Below are positions 38,565-53,052 of a stretch of DNA of 64,000 nt, piece after piece. The position numbers and the translations under genes were made by a program. The notes under the pieces were generated by a model. That model did no database searches. It had not been told where the DNA came from and worked only from the letters and a program-made list of their open reading frames with translations. How positions within the stretch are numbered: the first letter of the stretch is position 1; the number at the start of each line of letters is the position of its first letter. This stretch comes from Eledone cirrhosa (Eukaryota): assembly GCA_964016885.1 (NCBI GenBank), contig OZ024746.1, positions 96,224,001 to 96,288,000 on the forward strand. The letters run 5' to 3'.

Positions 38565-41500
38565 GTGTCATATTATCATTAGATGATACATATGTGTAAA
38601 ATACTGATCAGAGAACTTCCATTTTATTAAACAATACTGAAGTGTACCTGTGTCATATTGTTGATAGATGATATATAAGTGTAAAATACTGACCAGAGAA
38701 CTTCTATTTTATTAAACAATACTGAAGTGTACCTGTGTCATATTGTTGATAGATGATATATATGTGTAAAATAATGACCAAAGGACTTCCATTTTATTAA
38801 ACAATACTGAAGTGTACCTGTGTCATATTGTTGATAGATGATATATAAGTGTAAAATACTGATCAGAGAACTTCCATTTTATTAAACAATACTGAAGTGT
38901 ACCTGTGTCATGTTGTTGATAGATGATATATATGTGTAAAATAATGACCAAAGGAATTCCATTTTATTAAACAATACTGAAGTGTACCTGTGTCATATTG
39001 TTGATAGATGATATATAAGTGTAAAATACTGACCAGAGAACTTCTATTTTATTAAACAATACTGAAGTGTACCTGTGTCATATTGTTGATAGATGATATA
39101 TATGTGTAAAATAATGACCAAAGGACTTCCATTTTATTAAACAATACTGAAGTGTACCTGTGTCATATTGTTGATAGATGATATATAAGTGTAAAATACT
39201 GATCAGAGAACTTCCATTTTATTAAACAATACTGAAGTGTACCTGTGTCATATTGTTGATAGATGATATATAAGTGTAAAATACTGATCAGAGAACTTCC
39301 ATTTTATTAAACAATACTGAAGTGTACCTGTGTCATATTGTTGATAGATGATATATAAGTGTAAAATACTGATCAGAGAACTTCCATTTTATTAAACAAT
39401 ACTGAAGTGTACCTGTGTCATATTGTTGATAGATGATATATAAGTGTAAAATACTGATCAGAGAACTTCTATTTTATTAAACAATACTGAAGTGTACCTG
39501 TGTCATATTGTTGATAGATGATATATATGTGTAAAATAATGACCAAAGGACTTCCATTTTATTAAACAATACTGAAGTGTACCTGTGTCATATTGTTGAT
39601 AGATGATATATAAGTGTAAAATACTGATCAGAGAACTTCCATTTTATTAAACAATACTGAAGTGTACCTGTGTCATATTGTTGATAGATGATATATAAGT
39701 GTAAAATATTGATCAGAGAACTTCCATTTTATTAAACAATACTGAAGTGTACCTGTGTCATATTGTTGATAGATGATATATAAGTGTAAAATACTGATCA
39801 GAGAACTTCCATTTTATTAAACAATACTGAAGTGTACCTGTGTCATATTGTTGATAGATGATATATAAGTGTAAAATACTGATCAGAGAACTTCCATTTT
39901 ATTAAACAATACTGAAGTGTACCTGTGTCATATTGTTGATAGATGATATATAAGTGTAAAATACTGATCAGAGAACTTCCATTTTATTAAACAATACTGA
40001 AGTGTACCTGTGTCATATTGTTGATAGATGATATATAAGTGTAAAATACTGATCAGAGAACTTCCATTTTATTAAACAATACTGAAGTGTACCTGTGTCA
40101 TATTGTTGATAGATGATATATAAGTGTAAAATACTGATCAGAGAACTTCCATTTTATTAAACAATACTGAAGTGTACCTGTGTCATATTGTTGATAGATG
40201 ATATATATGTGTAAAATACTGATCAGAGAACTTCCATTTTATTAAACAATACTGAAGTGTACCTGTGTCATATTGTTGATAGATGATATATAAGTGTAAA
40301 ATATTGATCAGAGAACTTCCATTTTATTAAACAATACTGAAGTGTACCTTTGTCATATTGTTGATAGATGATATATAAGTGTAAAATACTGATCAGAGAA
40401 CTTCCATTTTATTAAACAATACTGAAGTGTACCTGTGTCATATTGTTGATAGATGATATATAAGTGTAAAATACTGATCAGAGAACTTCCATTTTATTAA
40501 ACAATACTGAAGTGTACCTTTGTCATATTGTTGATAGATGATATATAAGTGTAAAATACTGATCAGAGAACTTCCATTTTATTAAACAATACTGAAGTGT
40601 ACCTGTGTCATATTGTTGATAGATGATATATAAGTGTAAAATACTGATCAGAGAACTTCCATTTTATTAAACAATACTGAAGTGTACCTGTGTCATATTG
40701 TTGATAGATGATATATAAGTGTAAAATATTGATCAGAGAACTTCCATTTTATTAAACAATACTGAAGTGTACCTGTGTCATATTGTTGATAGATGATATA
40801 TAAGTGTAAAATACTGATCAGAGAACTTCCATTTTATTAAACAATACTGAAGTGTACCTGTGTCATATTGTTGATAGATGATATATAAGTGTAAAATACT
40901 GATCAGAGAACTTCCATTTTATTAAACAATACTGAAGTGTACCTGTGTCATATTGTTGATAGATGATATATAAGTGTAAAATACTGATCAGAGAACTTCC
41001 ATTTTATTAAACAATACTGAAGTGTACCTGTGTCATATTGTTGATAGATGATATATAAGTGTAAAATACTGATCAGAGAACTTCCATTTTATTAAACAAT
41101 ACTGAAGTGTACCTGTGTCATATTGTTGATAGATGATATATATGTGTAAAATACTGATCAGAGAACTTCCATTTTATTAAACAATACTGAAGTGTACCTG
41201 TGTCATATTGTTGATAGATGATATATAAGTGTAAAATATTGATCAGAGAACTTCCATTTTATTAAACAATACTGAAGTGTACCTTTGTCATATTGTTGAT
41301 AGATGATATATAAGTGTAAAATACTGATCAGAGAACTTCCATTTTATTAAACAATACTGAAGTGTACCTTTGTCATATTGTTGATAGATGATATATAAGT
41401 GTAAAATATTGATCAGAGAACTTCCATTTTATTAAACAATACTGAAGTGTACCTGTGTCATATTGTTGATAGATGATATATAAGTGTAAAATATTGATCA

Positions 41501-43550
41501 GAGAACTTCCATTTTATTAAACAATACTGAAGTGTACCTGTGTCATATTGTTGATAGATGATATATAAGTGTAAAATACTGATCAGAGAACTTCCATTTT
41601 ATTAAACAATACTGAAGTGTACCTGTGTCATATTGTTGATAGATGATATATAAGTGTAAAATACTGACCAGAGGACTTCCATTTTATTAAACAATACTGA
41701 AGTGTACCTGTGTCATATTGTTGATAGATGATATATAAGTGTAAAATACTGATCAGAGAACTTCCATTTTATTAAACAATACTGAAGTGTACCTGTGTCA
41801 TATTGTTGATAGATGATATATAAGTGTAAAATATTGATCAGAGAACTTCCATTTTATTAAACAATACTGAAGTGTACCTGTGTCATATTGTTGATAGATG
41901 ATATATAAGTGTAAAATACTGATCAGAGAACTTCCATTTTATTAAACAATACTGAAGTGTACCTGTGTCATATTGTTGATAGATGATATATAAGTGTAAA
42001 ATACTGATCAGAGAACTTCCATTTTATTAAACAATACTGAAGTGTACCTGTGTCATATTGTTGATAGATGATATATATGTGTAAAATAATGATCAGAGAA
42101 CTTCCATTTTATTAAACAATACTGAAGTGTACCTGTGTCATATTGTTGATAGATGATATATAAGTGTAAAATATTGATCAGAGAACTTCCATTTTATTAA
42201 ACAATACTGAAGTGTACCTGTGTCATATTGTTGATAGATGATATATAAGTGTAAAATACTGATCAGAGAACTTCCATTTTATTAAACAATACTGAAGTGT
42301 ACCTGTGTCATATTGTTGATAGATGATATATAAGTGTAAAATACTGATCAGAGAACTTCCATTTTATTAAACAATACTGAAGTGTACCTGTGTCATATTG
42401 TTGATAGATGATATATAAGTGTAAAATACTGATCAGAGAACTTCCATTTTATTAAACAATACTGAAGTGTACCTGTGTCATATTGTTGATAGATGATATA
42501 TAAGTGTAAAATACTGATCAGAGAACTTCCATTTTATTAAACAATACTGAAGTGTACCTGTGTCATATTGTTGATAGATGATATATAAGTGTAAAATACT
42601 GATCAGAGAACTTCCATTTTATTAAACAATACTGAAGTGTACCTGTGTCATATTGTTGATAGATGATATATAAGTGTAAAATACTGATCAGAGAACTTCC
42701 ATTTTATTAAACAATACTGAAGTGTACCTGTGTCATATTGTTGATAGATGATATATAAGTGTAAAATACTGATCAGAGAACTTCCATTTTATTAAACAAT
42801 ACTGAAGTGTACCTGTGTCATATTGTTGATAGATGATATATAAGTGTAAAATACTGATCAGAGAACTTCCATTTTATTAAACAATACTGAAGTGTACCTG
42901 TGTCATATTGTTGATAGATGATATATATGTGTAAAATACTGATCAGAGAACTTCCATTTTATTAAACAATACTGAAGTGTACCTGTGTCATATTGTTGAT
43001 AGATGATATATAAGTGTAAAATACTGATCAGAGAACTTCCATTTTATTAAACAATACTGAAGTGTACCTGTGTCATATTGTTGATAGATGATATATAAGT
43101 GTAAAATACTGATCAGAGAACTTCCATTTTATTAAACAATACTGAAGTGTACCTGTGTCATATTGTTGATAGATGATATATATGTGTAAAATACTGATCA
43201 GAGAACTTCCATTTTATTAAACAATACTGAAGTGTACCTGTGTCATATTGTTGATAGATGATATATAAGTGTAAAATATTGATCAGAGAACTTCCATTTT
43301 ATTAAACAATACTGAAGTGTACCTGTGTCATATTGTTGATAGATGATATATAAGTGTAAAATACTGATCAGAGAACTTCCATTTTATTAAACAATACTGA
43401 AGTGTACCTGTGTCATATTGTTGATAGATGATATATATGTGTAAAATAATGACCAAAGGACTTCCATTTTATTAAACAATACTGAAGTGTACCTGTGTCA
43501 TATTGTTGATAGATGATATATAAGTGTAAAATACTGATCAGAGAACTTCC
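38565..43550. repeat. 85-bp satellite, about 58 copies
   Basis: Phase recurs every 1020 bp, which is 12 x 85. Confidence 0.95.
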
Positions 43551-44342
43551 AGACAGAGATGAAAATACAGACAGACTGCTGCCATGTAACCATAGTCCTC
43601 CTCTCTCTCTCTCTCATTATCTCTATATAACCACTTCTCCCTCATTCTCTCTATATATATTTCTTCTTATCTACCTCTCTCTGTCTCTCTCCACTTGTCC
43701 TCCCTCACCTTCTATCTATGTATCTCTCTTCCTGTCTCTCTTTCTCTCTCAATTCTACTTTCTTAGATTTTTTTCTTAGATTTTTTACATTTGTTTGTTT
43801 TCACAGCAAGGCTTATACTTTAAAACATTAAATGTATCTTATGTGTATGTGTGTATATATATATATCTGTGTGTTTTTTCTTTTTGAAGCAAGAGATTCC
43901 TAGTCTTCATTAAAACATCTCTCTAGGAGAAAGTCACTCTGATATAAAATCTGCGACTTCATTTGCATCCAATGATGTAGACCAGTTCTTCTTTTTGGGC
44001 AAATGCATTCGATGTTCAGAGAGTGGGATTGGCCTCCACACTTAAAAAAGCTTCAAGCACAGGCATCACTTGATATGTGACATTTTTTGCGAAGTATGAT
44101 ATTGCTGGCCAATGGCAAGTCCCTAGCTGGACGAAAAAACCAAATCCGTGATGTTCATGCTTAAGTATCAAGCGATGGCATTACTAAAAACTGAGTTGCA
44201 GTCATTATATCTGTGTGTATGTAGTAGCAATTGGGATGAGAGGTCACCAATTGTAGCAGTTGTTAGGAAGATTGCTCTCTCTCTCCCATATAAAGCTCTG
44301 TGTGAATGTTTGATATGCATGGCTAATGAATTGTGTGTGTTT

Positions 44343-47300
44343 CCATAGCCAGTAGTTGAGTCTCAGTGAGTCATTGTGTGGTTCTCCATAGCCAATAGTT
44401 GAGCCTCAGTGAGTCATGTTGTGTGGTTCTACATAGCCAGTAGTTGAGTCTCAGTGAGTCATTGTGTGGTTCTCCATAGCCAATAGTTGAGCCTCAGTGA
44501 GTCATGTTGTGTGGTTCTCCATAGCCAGTAGTTGAATCTCAGTGAGTCATGTTGTGTGGTTCTCCATAGCCAGTAGTTGAGCCTCAGTGAGTCATGTTGT
44601 GTGGTTCTCCATAGCCAGTAGTTGAATCTCAGTGAGTCATGTTGTGTGGTTCTCCATAGCCAGTAGTTGAATCTCAGTGAGTCATGTTGTGTGGTTCTCC
44701 ATAGCCAGTAGTTGAGCCTCGGTGAGTCATGTTGTGTGGTTCTCCATAGCCAATAGTTGAGCCTCAGTGAGTCATGTTGTGTGGTTCTCCATAGCCAGGA
44801 GTTGAGTCTCAGTGAGTCATGTTGTGTGGTTCTCCATAGCCAGTAGTTGAGCCTCGGTGAGTCATGTTGTGTGGTTCTCCATAGCCAGTAGTTGAGTCTC
44901 AGTGAGTCATGTTGTGTGGTTCTCCATAGCCAGTAGTTGAGCCTCAGTGAGTCATGTTGTGTGGTTCTCCATAGCCAATAGTTGAGCCTCAGTGAGTCAT
45001 GTTGTGTGGTTCTCCATAGCCAGGAGTTGAGTCTCAGTGAGTCATGTTGTGTGGTTCTCCATAGCCAGGAGTTGAGTCTCAGTGAGTCATGTTGTGTGGT
45101 TCTCCATAGCCAATAGTTGAGCCTCGGTGAGTCATGTTGTGTGGTTCTCCATAGCCAGTAGTTGAATCTCAGTGAGTCATGTTGTGTGGTTCTCCATAGC
45201 CAGTAGTTGAATCTCAGTGAGTCATGTTGTGTGGTTCTCCATAGCCAGTAGTTGAGTCTCAGTGAGTCATGTTGTCTGGTTCTCCATAGCCAGTAGTTGA
45301 GCCTCGGTGAGTCATGTTGTGTGGTTCTCCATAGCCAGCAGTTGAGTCTCAGTGAGTCATGTTGTGTGGTTCTCCATAGCCAGTAGTTGAGCCTCAGTGA
45401 GTCATGTTGTGTGGTTCTCCATAGCCAGGAGTTGAGTCTCAGTGAGTCATGTTGTGTGGTTCTCCATAGCCAGGAGTTGAGCCTCAGTGAGTCATGATGT
45501 GTGGTTCTCCATAGCCAGTAGTTGAGTCTCAGTGAGTCATGTTGTGTGGTTCTCCATAGCCAGTAGTTGAGCCTCGGTGAGTCATGTTGTGTGGTTCTCC
45601 ATAGCCAGCAGTTGAGTCTCAGTGAGTCATGTTGTGTGGTTCTCCATAGCCAGTAGTTGAGCCTCAGTGAGTCATGTTGTGTGGTTCTCCATAGCCAGGA
45701 GTTGAGTCTCAGTGAGTCATGTTGTGTGGTTCTCCATAGCCAGGAGTTGAGCCTCAGTGAGTCATGATGTGTGGTTCTCCATAGCCAGTAGTTGAGTCTC
45801 AGTGAGTCATGTTGTGTGGTTCTCCATAGCCAGCAGTTGAGTCTCAGTGAGTCATGTTGTGTGGTTCTCCATAGCCAGCAGATGAGTCTCAGTGAGTCAT
45901 GTTGTGTGGTTCTCCATAGCCAGGAGTTGAGTCTCAGTGAGTCATGTGTGGTTCTCCATAGCCAGTAGTTGAGCCTCAGTGAGTCATGTTGTGTGGTTCT
46001 CCATAGCCAGGAGTTGAGCCTCAGTGAGTCATGATGTGTGGTTCTCCATAGCCAGTAGTTGAGCCTCAGTGAGTCATGTTGTGTGGTTCTCCATAGCCAG
46101 GAGTTGAGTCTCAGTGAGTCATGTTGTGTGGTTCTCCATAGCCAGTAGTTGAGTCTCAGTGAGTCATGTTGTGTGGTTCTCCATAGCAAGTAGTTGAGTC
46201 TCAGTCAGTTGTGATGTGTGGTTCTCCATAGCCAGTAGTTGAGTCTCAGTGAGTCATGTTGTGTGGTTCTCCAAAGCAAGTAGTTGAGCCTCAGTGAGTC
46301 ATGTTGTGTGGTTCTCCATAGCCAGTAGTTGAGTCTCAGTGAGTCATGATGTGTGGTTCTCCATAGCCAGTAGTTGAGTCTCAGTGAGTCATGTTGTGTG
46401 GTTCTCCATAGCAAGTAGTTGAGCCTCAGTGAGTCATGTTGTGTGGTTCTCCATAGCAAGTAGTTGAGCCTCAGTGAGTCATGTTGTGTGGTTCTCCATA
46501 GCCAGCAGTTGAGTCTCAGTGAGTCATGTTGTGTGGTTCTCCATAGCCAGCAGTTGAGTCTCAGTGAGTCATTATGTGTGGTTCTCCATAGCCAGCAGTT
46601 GAGTCTCAGTGAGTCATGTTGTGTGGTTCTCCATAGCCAGTAGTTGAGTCTCAGTGAGTCATGTTGTGTGGTTCTCCATAGCCAGCAGTTGAGTCTCAGT
46701 GAGTCATGTTGTGTGGTTCTCCATGGCCAGTAGTTGAGTCTCAGTGAGTCATGTTGTGTGGTTCTCCATAGCCAGCAGTTGAGTCTCAGTGAGTCATGTT
46801 GTGTGGTTCTCCATAGCCAGTAGTTGAGTCTCAGTGAGTCATGTTGTGTGGTTCTCCATAGCAAGTAGTTGAGCCTCAGTGAGTCATGTTGTGTGGTTCT
46901 CCATAGCCAGTAGTTGAGTCTCAGTGAGTCATGTTGTGTGGTTCTCCATAGCCAGGAGTTGAGCCTCAGTGAGTCATGTTGTGTGGTTCTCCATAGCCAG
47001 TAGTTGAGTCTCAGTGAGTCATGTTGTGTGGTTCTCCATAGCCAGGAGTTGAGCCTCAGTGAGTCATTATGTGTGGTTCTCCATAGCCAGTAGTTGAGTC
47101 TCAGTGAGTCATGTTGTGTGGTTCTCCATAGCCAGGAGTTGAGCCTCAGTGAGTCATGATGTGTGTTTCTCCATAGCCAGTAGTTGAGTCTCAGTGAGTC
47201 ATGATGTGTGGTTCTCCATAGCCAGTAGTTGAGTCTCAGTGAGTCATGTTGTGTGGTTCTCCATAGCCAGTAGTTGAGCCTCAGTGAGTCATGATGTGTG

Positions 47301-48528
47301 GTTCTCCATAGCCAGTAGTTGAGCCTCAGTGAGTCATGTTGTGTGGTTCTCCATAGCCAGTAGATGAGTCTCAGTGAGTCATGTTGTGTGGTTCTCCATA
47401 GCCAGGAGTTGAGCCTCAGTGAGTCATGATGTGTGGTTCTCCATAGCCAGAAGTTGAGCCTCAGTGAGTCATGTTGTGTGGTTCTCCATAGCCAGTAGTT
47501 GAGTCTCAGTGAGTCATGTTGTGTGGTTCTCCATAGCCAGTAGTTGAGCCTCGGTGAGTCATGTTCTGTGGTTCTCCTTAGCCAGTAGTTGAGTCTCAGT
47601 GAGTCATGTTGTGTGGTTCTCCATAGCCAGGAGTTGAGTCTCAGTGAGTCATGTTGTGTGGTTCTCCATAGCAAGTAGTTGAGCCTCAGTGAGTCATGTT
47701 GTGTGGTTCTCCATAGCCAGTAGTTGAGCCTCAGTGAGTCATGTTGTGTGGTTCTCCATAGCCAGTAGTTGAGTCTCAGTGAGTCATGTTGTGTGGTTCT
47801 CCATAGCCAGGAGTTGAGCCTCAGTGAGTCATGATGTGTGGTTCTCCATAGCCAGTAGTTGAGCCTCAGTGAGTCATGTTGTGTGGTTCTCCATAGCCAG
47901 GAGTTGAGCCTCAGTGAGTCATGTTGTGTGGTTCTCCATAGCCATGAGTTGAGCCTCAGTGAGTCATGTTGTGTGGTTCTCCATAGCCAGGAGTTGAGCC
48001 CCAGTGAGTCATGTGTGGTTCTCCATAGCCAATAGTTGAGCCTCAGTGAGTCATGTGTGGTTCTCCATATCCAGTAGTTGAGCCTCAGTGAGTCATGTGT
48101 GGTTCTCCATAGCCAGTAGTTGAGTCTCAGTGAGTCATTATGTGAGGTTCTCCATAGCCAGTAGTTGAGTCTCAGTGAGTCATTATGTGAGGTTCTCCAT
48201 AGCCAGTAGTTGAGTCTCAGTGAGTCATTATGTGAGGTTCTCCATAGCCAGTAGTTGAGTCTCAGTGAGTCATGTTGTGTGGTTCTCCATAGCAAGTAGT
48301 TGAGTCTCAGTGAGTTGTGATGTGTGGTTCTCCATAGCCAGTAGTTGAGCCTCAGTGAGTCATGATGTGTGGTTCTCCATAGCCAATAGTTGAGCCTCAG
48401 TGAGTCATGATGTGTGGTTCTCCATAGCCAATAGTTGAGCCTCAGTGAGTCGTGATGTGTGGTTCTCCATAGACAGTAGTTGAGTCTCAGTGAGTTGTGA
48501 TGTGTGGTTCCCTATAGCCAGTAGTTGA
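44343..48528. repeat. 45-bp satellite, about 93 copies
   Basis: Unit CCATAGCCAGTAGTTGAGTCTCAGTGAGTCATGTTGTGTGGTTCT. Confidence 0.95.
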
Positions 48529-49199
48529 AAATCAAAGTACTATTCAATGAACAATAACAAAAGCCACTACTTAACCCTTTAGTATTTACATTACTCTATA
48601 TATACTATTATATTTTCATGGTAAACACTTTTTCATATAATTATTTCGCATAATATTGAATCTATGAGATTTTGATATTATTTAGAGAACAATACCTTAA
48701 CATAAGTATGAGTGGCTGATCATGGCTGGTTTGAACAGAAAGAGATGAGAGAATTCTGGCTGGGTACAGCCAATTATTAAGAAATAACTTACACTGATGT
48801 TATTATGATGACACAGGAACTTGATATAGTAAGAAAAGAGTCTTTACGTTTCGGACGTTAATATTTCATCAGAAAATAAGATGAGAAATTAAAGAAGAAA
48901 TAGAAAGATTGAGGAGACTGGCAGAAAGAAAAGGTCCAACCATGTCATCATCTTTTAGAAAAGTGATGATGCTGGCGTTTTGTATATGATATACTTCTTT
49001 TGAAAAGGTGATGATGGAGCACGTCTATCTGAAAGGGAAAAAAAGATGTTTTGTATATAGAGCTGTATACATGTATCTACAAACAGTCTCTTAAGCCATG
49101 TGAGTAGAATGACCTCGTCATTCTTGCTCTTGTGTTGGCATAAATACAGAACGAGTAATCTTTCTGGGTTATTATCCTTCATCAGTATTGTATACTATT

Positions 49200-49700
49200 T
49201 ACCTGCCAACTGTCATATCTAGAGAAAATATATTTTCTGGAATATACAGTGACTGATTGGCCTGATTTGCATATTAGCAGACTGCCTGATCAATCAGATC
49301 TGCATATCTTTGTAGGAGCTGTAACAAATTTTTGCCCAGTTTGGTGATATCTTCCAATTAATTTAGATATTTCTAATTTGCAAGTTCAGAAGTAATAACA
49401 GATTTCTCTGAAACAGTTAAATCACATTTACGACCCATAATTACACGATTATCAGAACACTTGTTAATAATTTGGTACACTGAAAGTTTGTGGAAATCAT
49501 GCAAATGGCAGCGTTTTGTTTACACTTGTGCAAAACCTCACGATTTTTACACAGCAGCCACATATAACTGTTGCTATCATTCTATGGATATTTCGTTGGA
49601 TTCTGAGGAGTTTTTAAATAGAATAATAATTTAAATAGTTTTCTGTTGTTAATAATTGAGCTTCAAAAAAATAACAGAGAGGACAAGACAACGAATGAAA
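49200..49700 (-). mobile_element. Tc1/mariner transposase relic (N-terminal HTH region plus 5' end)
   Basis: Minus-strand ATG at 49438 gives MGRKCDLTVSEKSVITSELA*, then EISKLIGRYHQT..KFV after a frameshift. This resembles a Tc1-type N-terminus. Confidence 0.6.
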
Positions 49701-51604
49701 AACAATCTATATATAAAGATGTTGGTGTGTGTGTGTGTATATGTATATATATATGTGCATACATTTATATGTACATATAAGGATTTTAAGAGACTGTAAA
49801 TTGTTTAAAAGTTCAGTGACGATTTGGTAAGTAAAACATGAAAATAAACCACACGTCTTGTCTTTCCAGATGTTAAACATAATATAATAATCTTTTGAAA
49901 TGTTCCTCATTTGATTTTCTTATGATTTTCGAATGTTTTGCCTGAGAGCTACGTTACCATGTTCTCATTTTTAATTATCTTTCAGTTGTTTATTCTTTGT
50001 ATGTTTGTATTTTAAGCATCTTATATCTTGTCATTACATTCTAATTGACACACTTGCCGTCTGATTATAGCAATGTGTCTCAAATTTACATTTACATCTG
50101 CTCATTCAACTTTGTAAAATACTAACAACTAATGTAGTTATATCGTGGAAAAGATATTTTCGTTACTGAAAAAACAATCAAATGTATATACATAAAAAAA
50201 AAAAAAAATTGTTAAATTCACATTACACATTTTTTTATTTATTTCTCTGTGTCGAAAATTTTCATTGCACTGGTTGTGACCTGGTCATTGACACAGTTCC
50301 TCGGTGTGATGAATATTTTGACACCAGAAAATAAATGGTTGTGTACAAATGCGTAACTAAGGTCTGGCAAACATGGTATGTGCCTTGGTCACCACATGAA
50401 GGGGGCGCCACTTCGACTAGGAGCACGTTCTATTAAAGTCAAGTAAGCCTTGTTGGAGAGTGATATTCCTTCAGATGTATGATCTGTCTCTGATTATCAT
50501 GGTTGAGAAACACTATGGAGGCTGGATCATTAAACCATTTATATAAATTATAAGGCCGAAAGGTAAAAATACAGTGCTGGGCAGGGGTGTAATATCACTG
50601 CTGCTATTTTCCCTAGTTATGCCTCTGGTTGTGTGTATTCAGTTTAGAATAGGTACACTAGTTTGTTTTAAAAAGAGACTAAAATGGTTGGTGTCGAAGG
50701 GCATCCAGCTGTGAAACATTTTTGCAAAAGGTCACGCCCAACCCATGCCAGCATGGAAAAGTCAACGTAAAAACAATGATCAACATTTATCATCATCATC
50801 ATCATCGTTTTACGTCCGTTCTTCCACGCTAGCATAGGTTAGACGGGTTGTCCTGTCGTGGGCAGTGTCTGGTCGGCTGACCATGCCTTGCTCATACAGG
50901 AACTGATTCTGGCTTGATTTCTACAGCTGGATGCCCTTCCTAACACCAACCTCATTTACAGTGAGTGCTGGGTGCTTTTTTTCCGTGGCACCTCCACGAC
51001 TTCTTTACAGTGGGAGGGGGTGGGGGCATATTGTCTATATGCTTCAGCTTGGCTTGTACCCATTGGGGGGTCGAGTCTTCTGTATTTCTGCATGACGCCA
51101 GAGGTCACGGTCATGTGTCATCGCCTTTGAGAGGTGTAATTGGGTAAGGTCGGCTTTTATCACCTCATTTATATTTCATATAATTTATATTTTCTTTGTT
51201 TTTAAGAACTAAAATATTTTATTTGAACTATTGTAAAATTATTTCCAGCATTATCCAGTGGATGGAGTTTAATCCTTTCATGACCACATTTCTTATGAAA
51301 TATACTATATTTTAATTACTTAATGAAGAATTTTGAGGGATTTACTAAAATTATTAATTATTTCTTTACTAAGATAGTAACTTAATGTAAGGTTCTTATA
51401 TAAAATTATGTTGGAAGATTTTAATTTAAATTGGAAACCTTTAAAATCGGTTGTTTTATAGAACCAGAGCTGGTTCTGGCCTAGTTGGTAACTAAAGGGT
51501 TAACTTTGAAATATCTTGGGTATAGACTTGGTGTTTCACCATAGCATTAGATAACCTGAAGGACTTCAATAGAGTCTCTAGCTGCTCAATATTAACCATT
51601 TCAA

Positions 51605-53052
51605 AAAGTGGCAGTGTTACTGCCATGGTAAAATACACCCAGTACACTCGGCAAAGTAGTAGTGTTACTGCCATGGTAAAATACACCCAGTACACTCGGC
51701 AAAGTAGTAGTGTTACTGCCACAGTAAAATACACCCAGTACACTCGGCAAAGTAGTAGTGTTACTGCCACAGTAAAATACACCCAGTACACTCGGCAAAG
51801 TAGTAGTGTTACTGCCACAGTAAAATACACCCAGTACACTCGGCAAAGTAGTAGTGTTACTGCCACAGTAAAATACACCCAGTACACTCGGTAAAGTAGT
51901 AGTGTTACTGCCATGGTAAAATACACCCAGTACACTCGGCAAAGTAGTAGTGTTACTGCCACAGTAAAATACACCCAGTACACTCGGCAAAGTAGTAGTG
52001 TTACTGCCACAGTAAAATACACCCAGTACACTCGGTAAAGTAGTAGTGTTACTGCCACAGTAAAATACACCCAGTACACTCGGCAAAGTAGTAGTGTTAC
52101 TGCCACAGTAAAATACACCCAGTACACTCGGCAAAGTAGTAGTGTTACTGCCATGGTAAAATACACCCAGTACACTCGGCAAAGTAGTAGTGTTACTGCC
52201 ACAGTAAAATACACCCAGTACACTCGGCAAAGTAGTAGTGTTACTGCCACAGTAAAATACACCCAGTACACTCGGCAAAGTAGTAGTGTTACTGCCACAG
52301 TAAAATACACCCAGTACACTCGGCAAAGTAGTAGTGTTACTGCCACAGTAAAATACACCCAGTACACTCGGTAAAGTAGTAGTGTTACTGCCATGGTAAA
52401 ATACACCCAGTACACTCGGCAAAGTAGTAGTGTTACTGCCATGGTAAAATACACCCAGTACACTCGGCAAAGTAGTAGTGTTACTGCCACAGTAAAATAC
52501 ACCCAGTACACTCGGCAAAGTAGTAGTGTTACTGCCACAGTAAAATACATCCAGTACACTCGGTAAAGTAGTAGTGTTACTGCCACAGTAAAATACACCC
52601 AGTACACTCGGTAAAATAGTAGTGTTACTGCCATGGTAAAATACACCCAGTACACTCGGCAAAGTAGTAGTGTTACTGCCACAGTAAAATACACCCAGTA
52701 CACTCGGCAAAGTAGTAGTGTTACTGCCACAGTAAAATACACCCAGTACACTCGGTAAAGTAGTAGTGTTACTGCCATGGTAAAATACACCCAGTACACT
52801 CGGCAAAGTAGTAGTGTTACTGCCACAGTAAAATACACCCAGTACACTCGGCAAAGTAGTAGTGTTACTGCCACAGTAAAATACACCCAGTACACTCGGC
52901 AAAGTAGTAGTGTTACTGCCACAGTAAAATACACCCAGTACACTCGGTAAAGTAGTAGTGTTACTGCCACAGTAAAATACACCCAGTACACTCGGTAAAG
53001 TAGTAGTGTTACTGCCACAGTAAAATACACCCAGTACACTCGGTAAAGTGGT
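51605..53052. repeat. 48-bp satellite (about 30 copies) derived from a dispersed repeat motif
   Basis: The unit contains TAAAATACACCCAGTACACTCGG(C/T)AAAGT(A/G)GT. The same motif forms short arrays at 19040-19322, 24627-24892 and 26745-26882. Confidence 0.93.

Noticed and set aside
38565-43550. CRISPR-like appearance of the long regular arrays
   Set aside because: The units are contiguous with no unique spacers, there are no cas genes, and the context is a eukaryotic intron.
44459-48295. 576-aa and 696-aa minus-strand ORFs
   Set aside because: They are translations of the 45-bp satellite, with no unique coding flanks or splice context.
49812-49826. Possible 15-nt microexon (FSDDL) before a gtaagt donor
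   Set aside because: It needs a weak AAG acceptor with no pyrimidine tract. The nearer CAG acceptor gives 10 nt starting with TGA.
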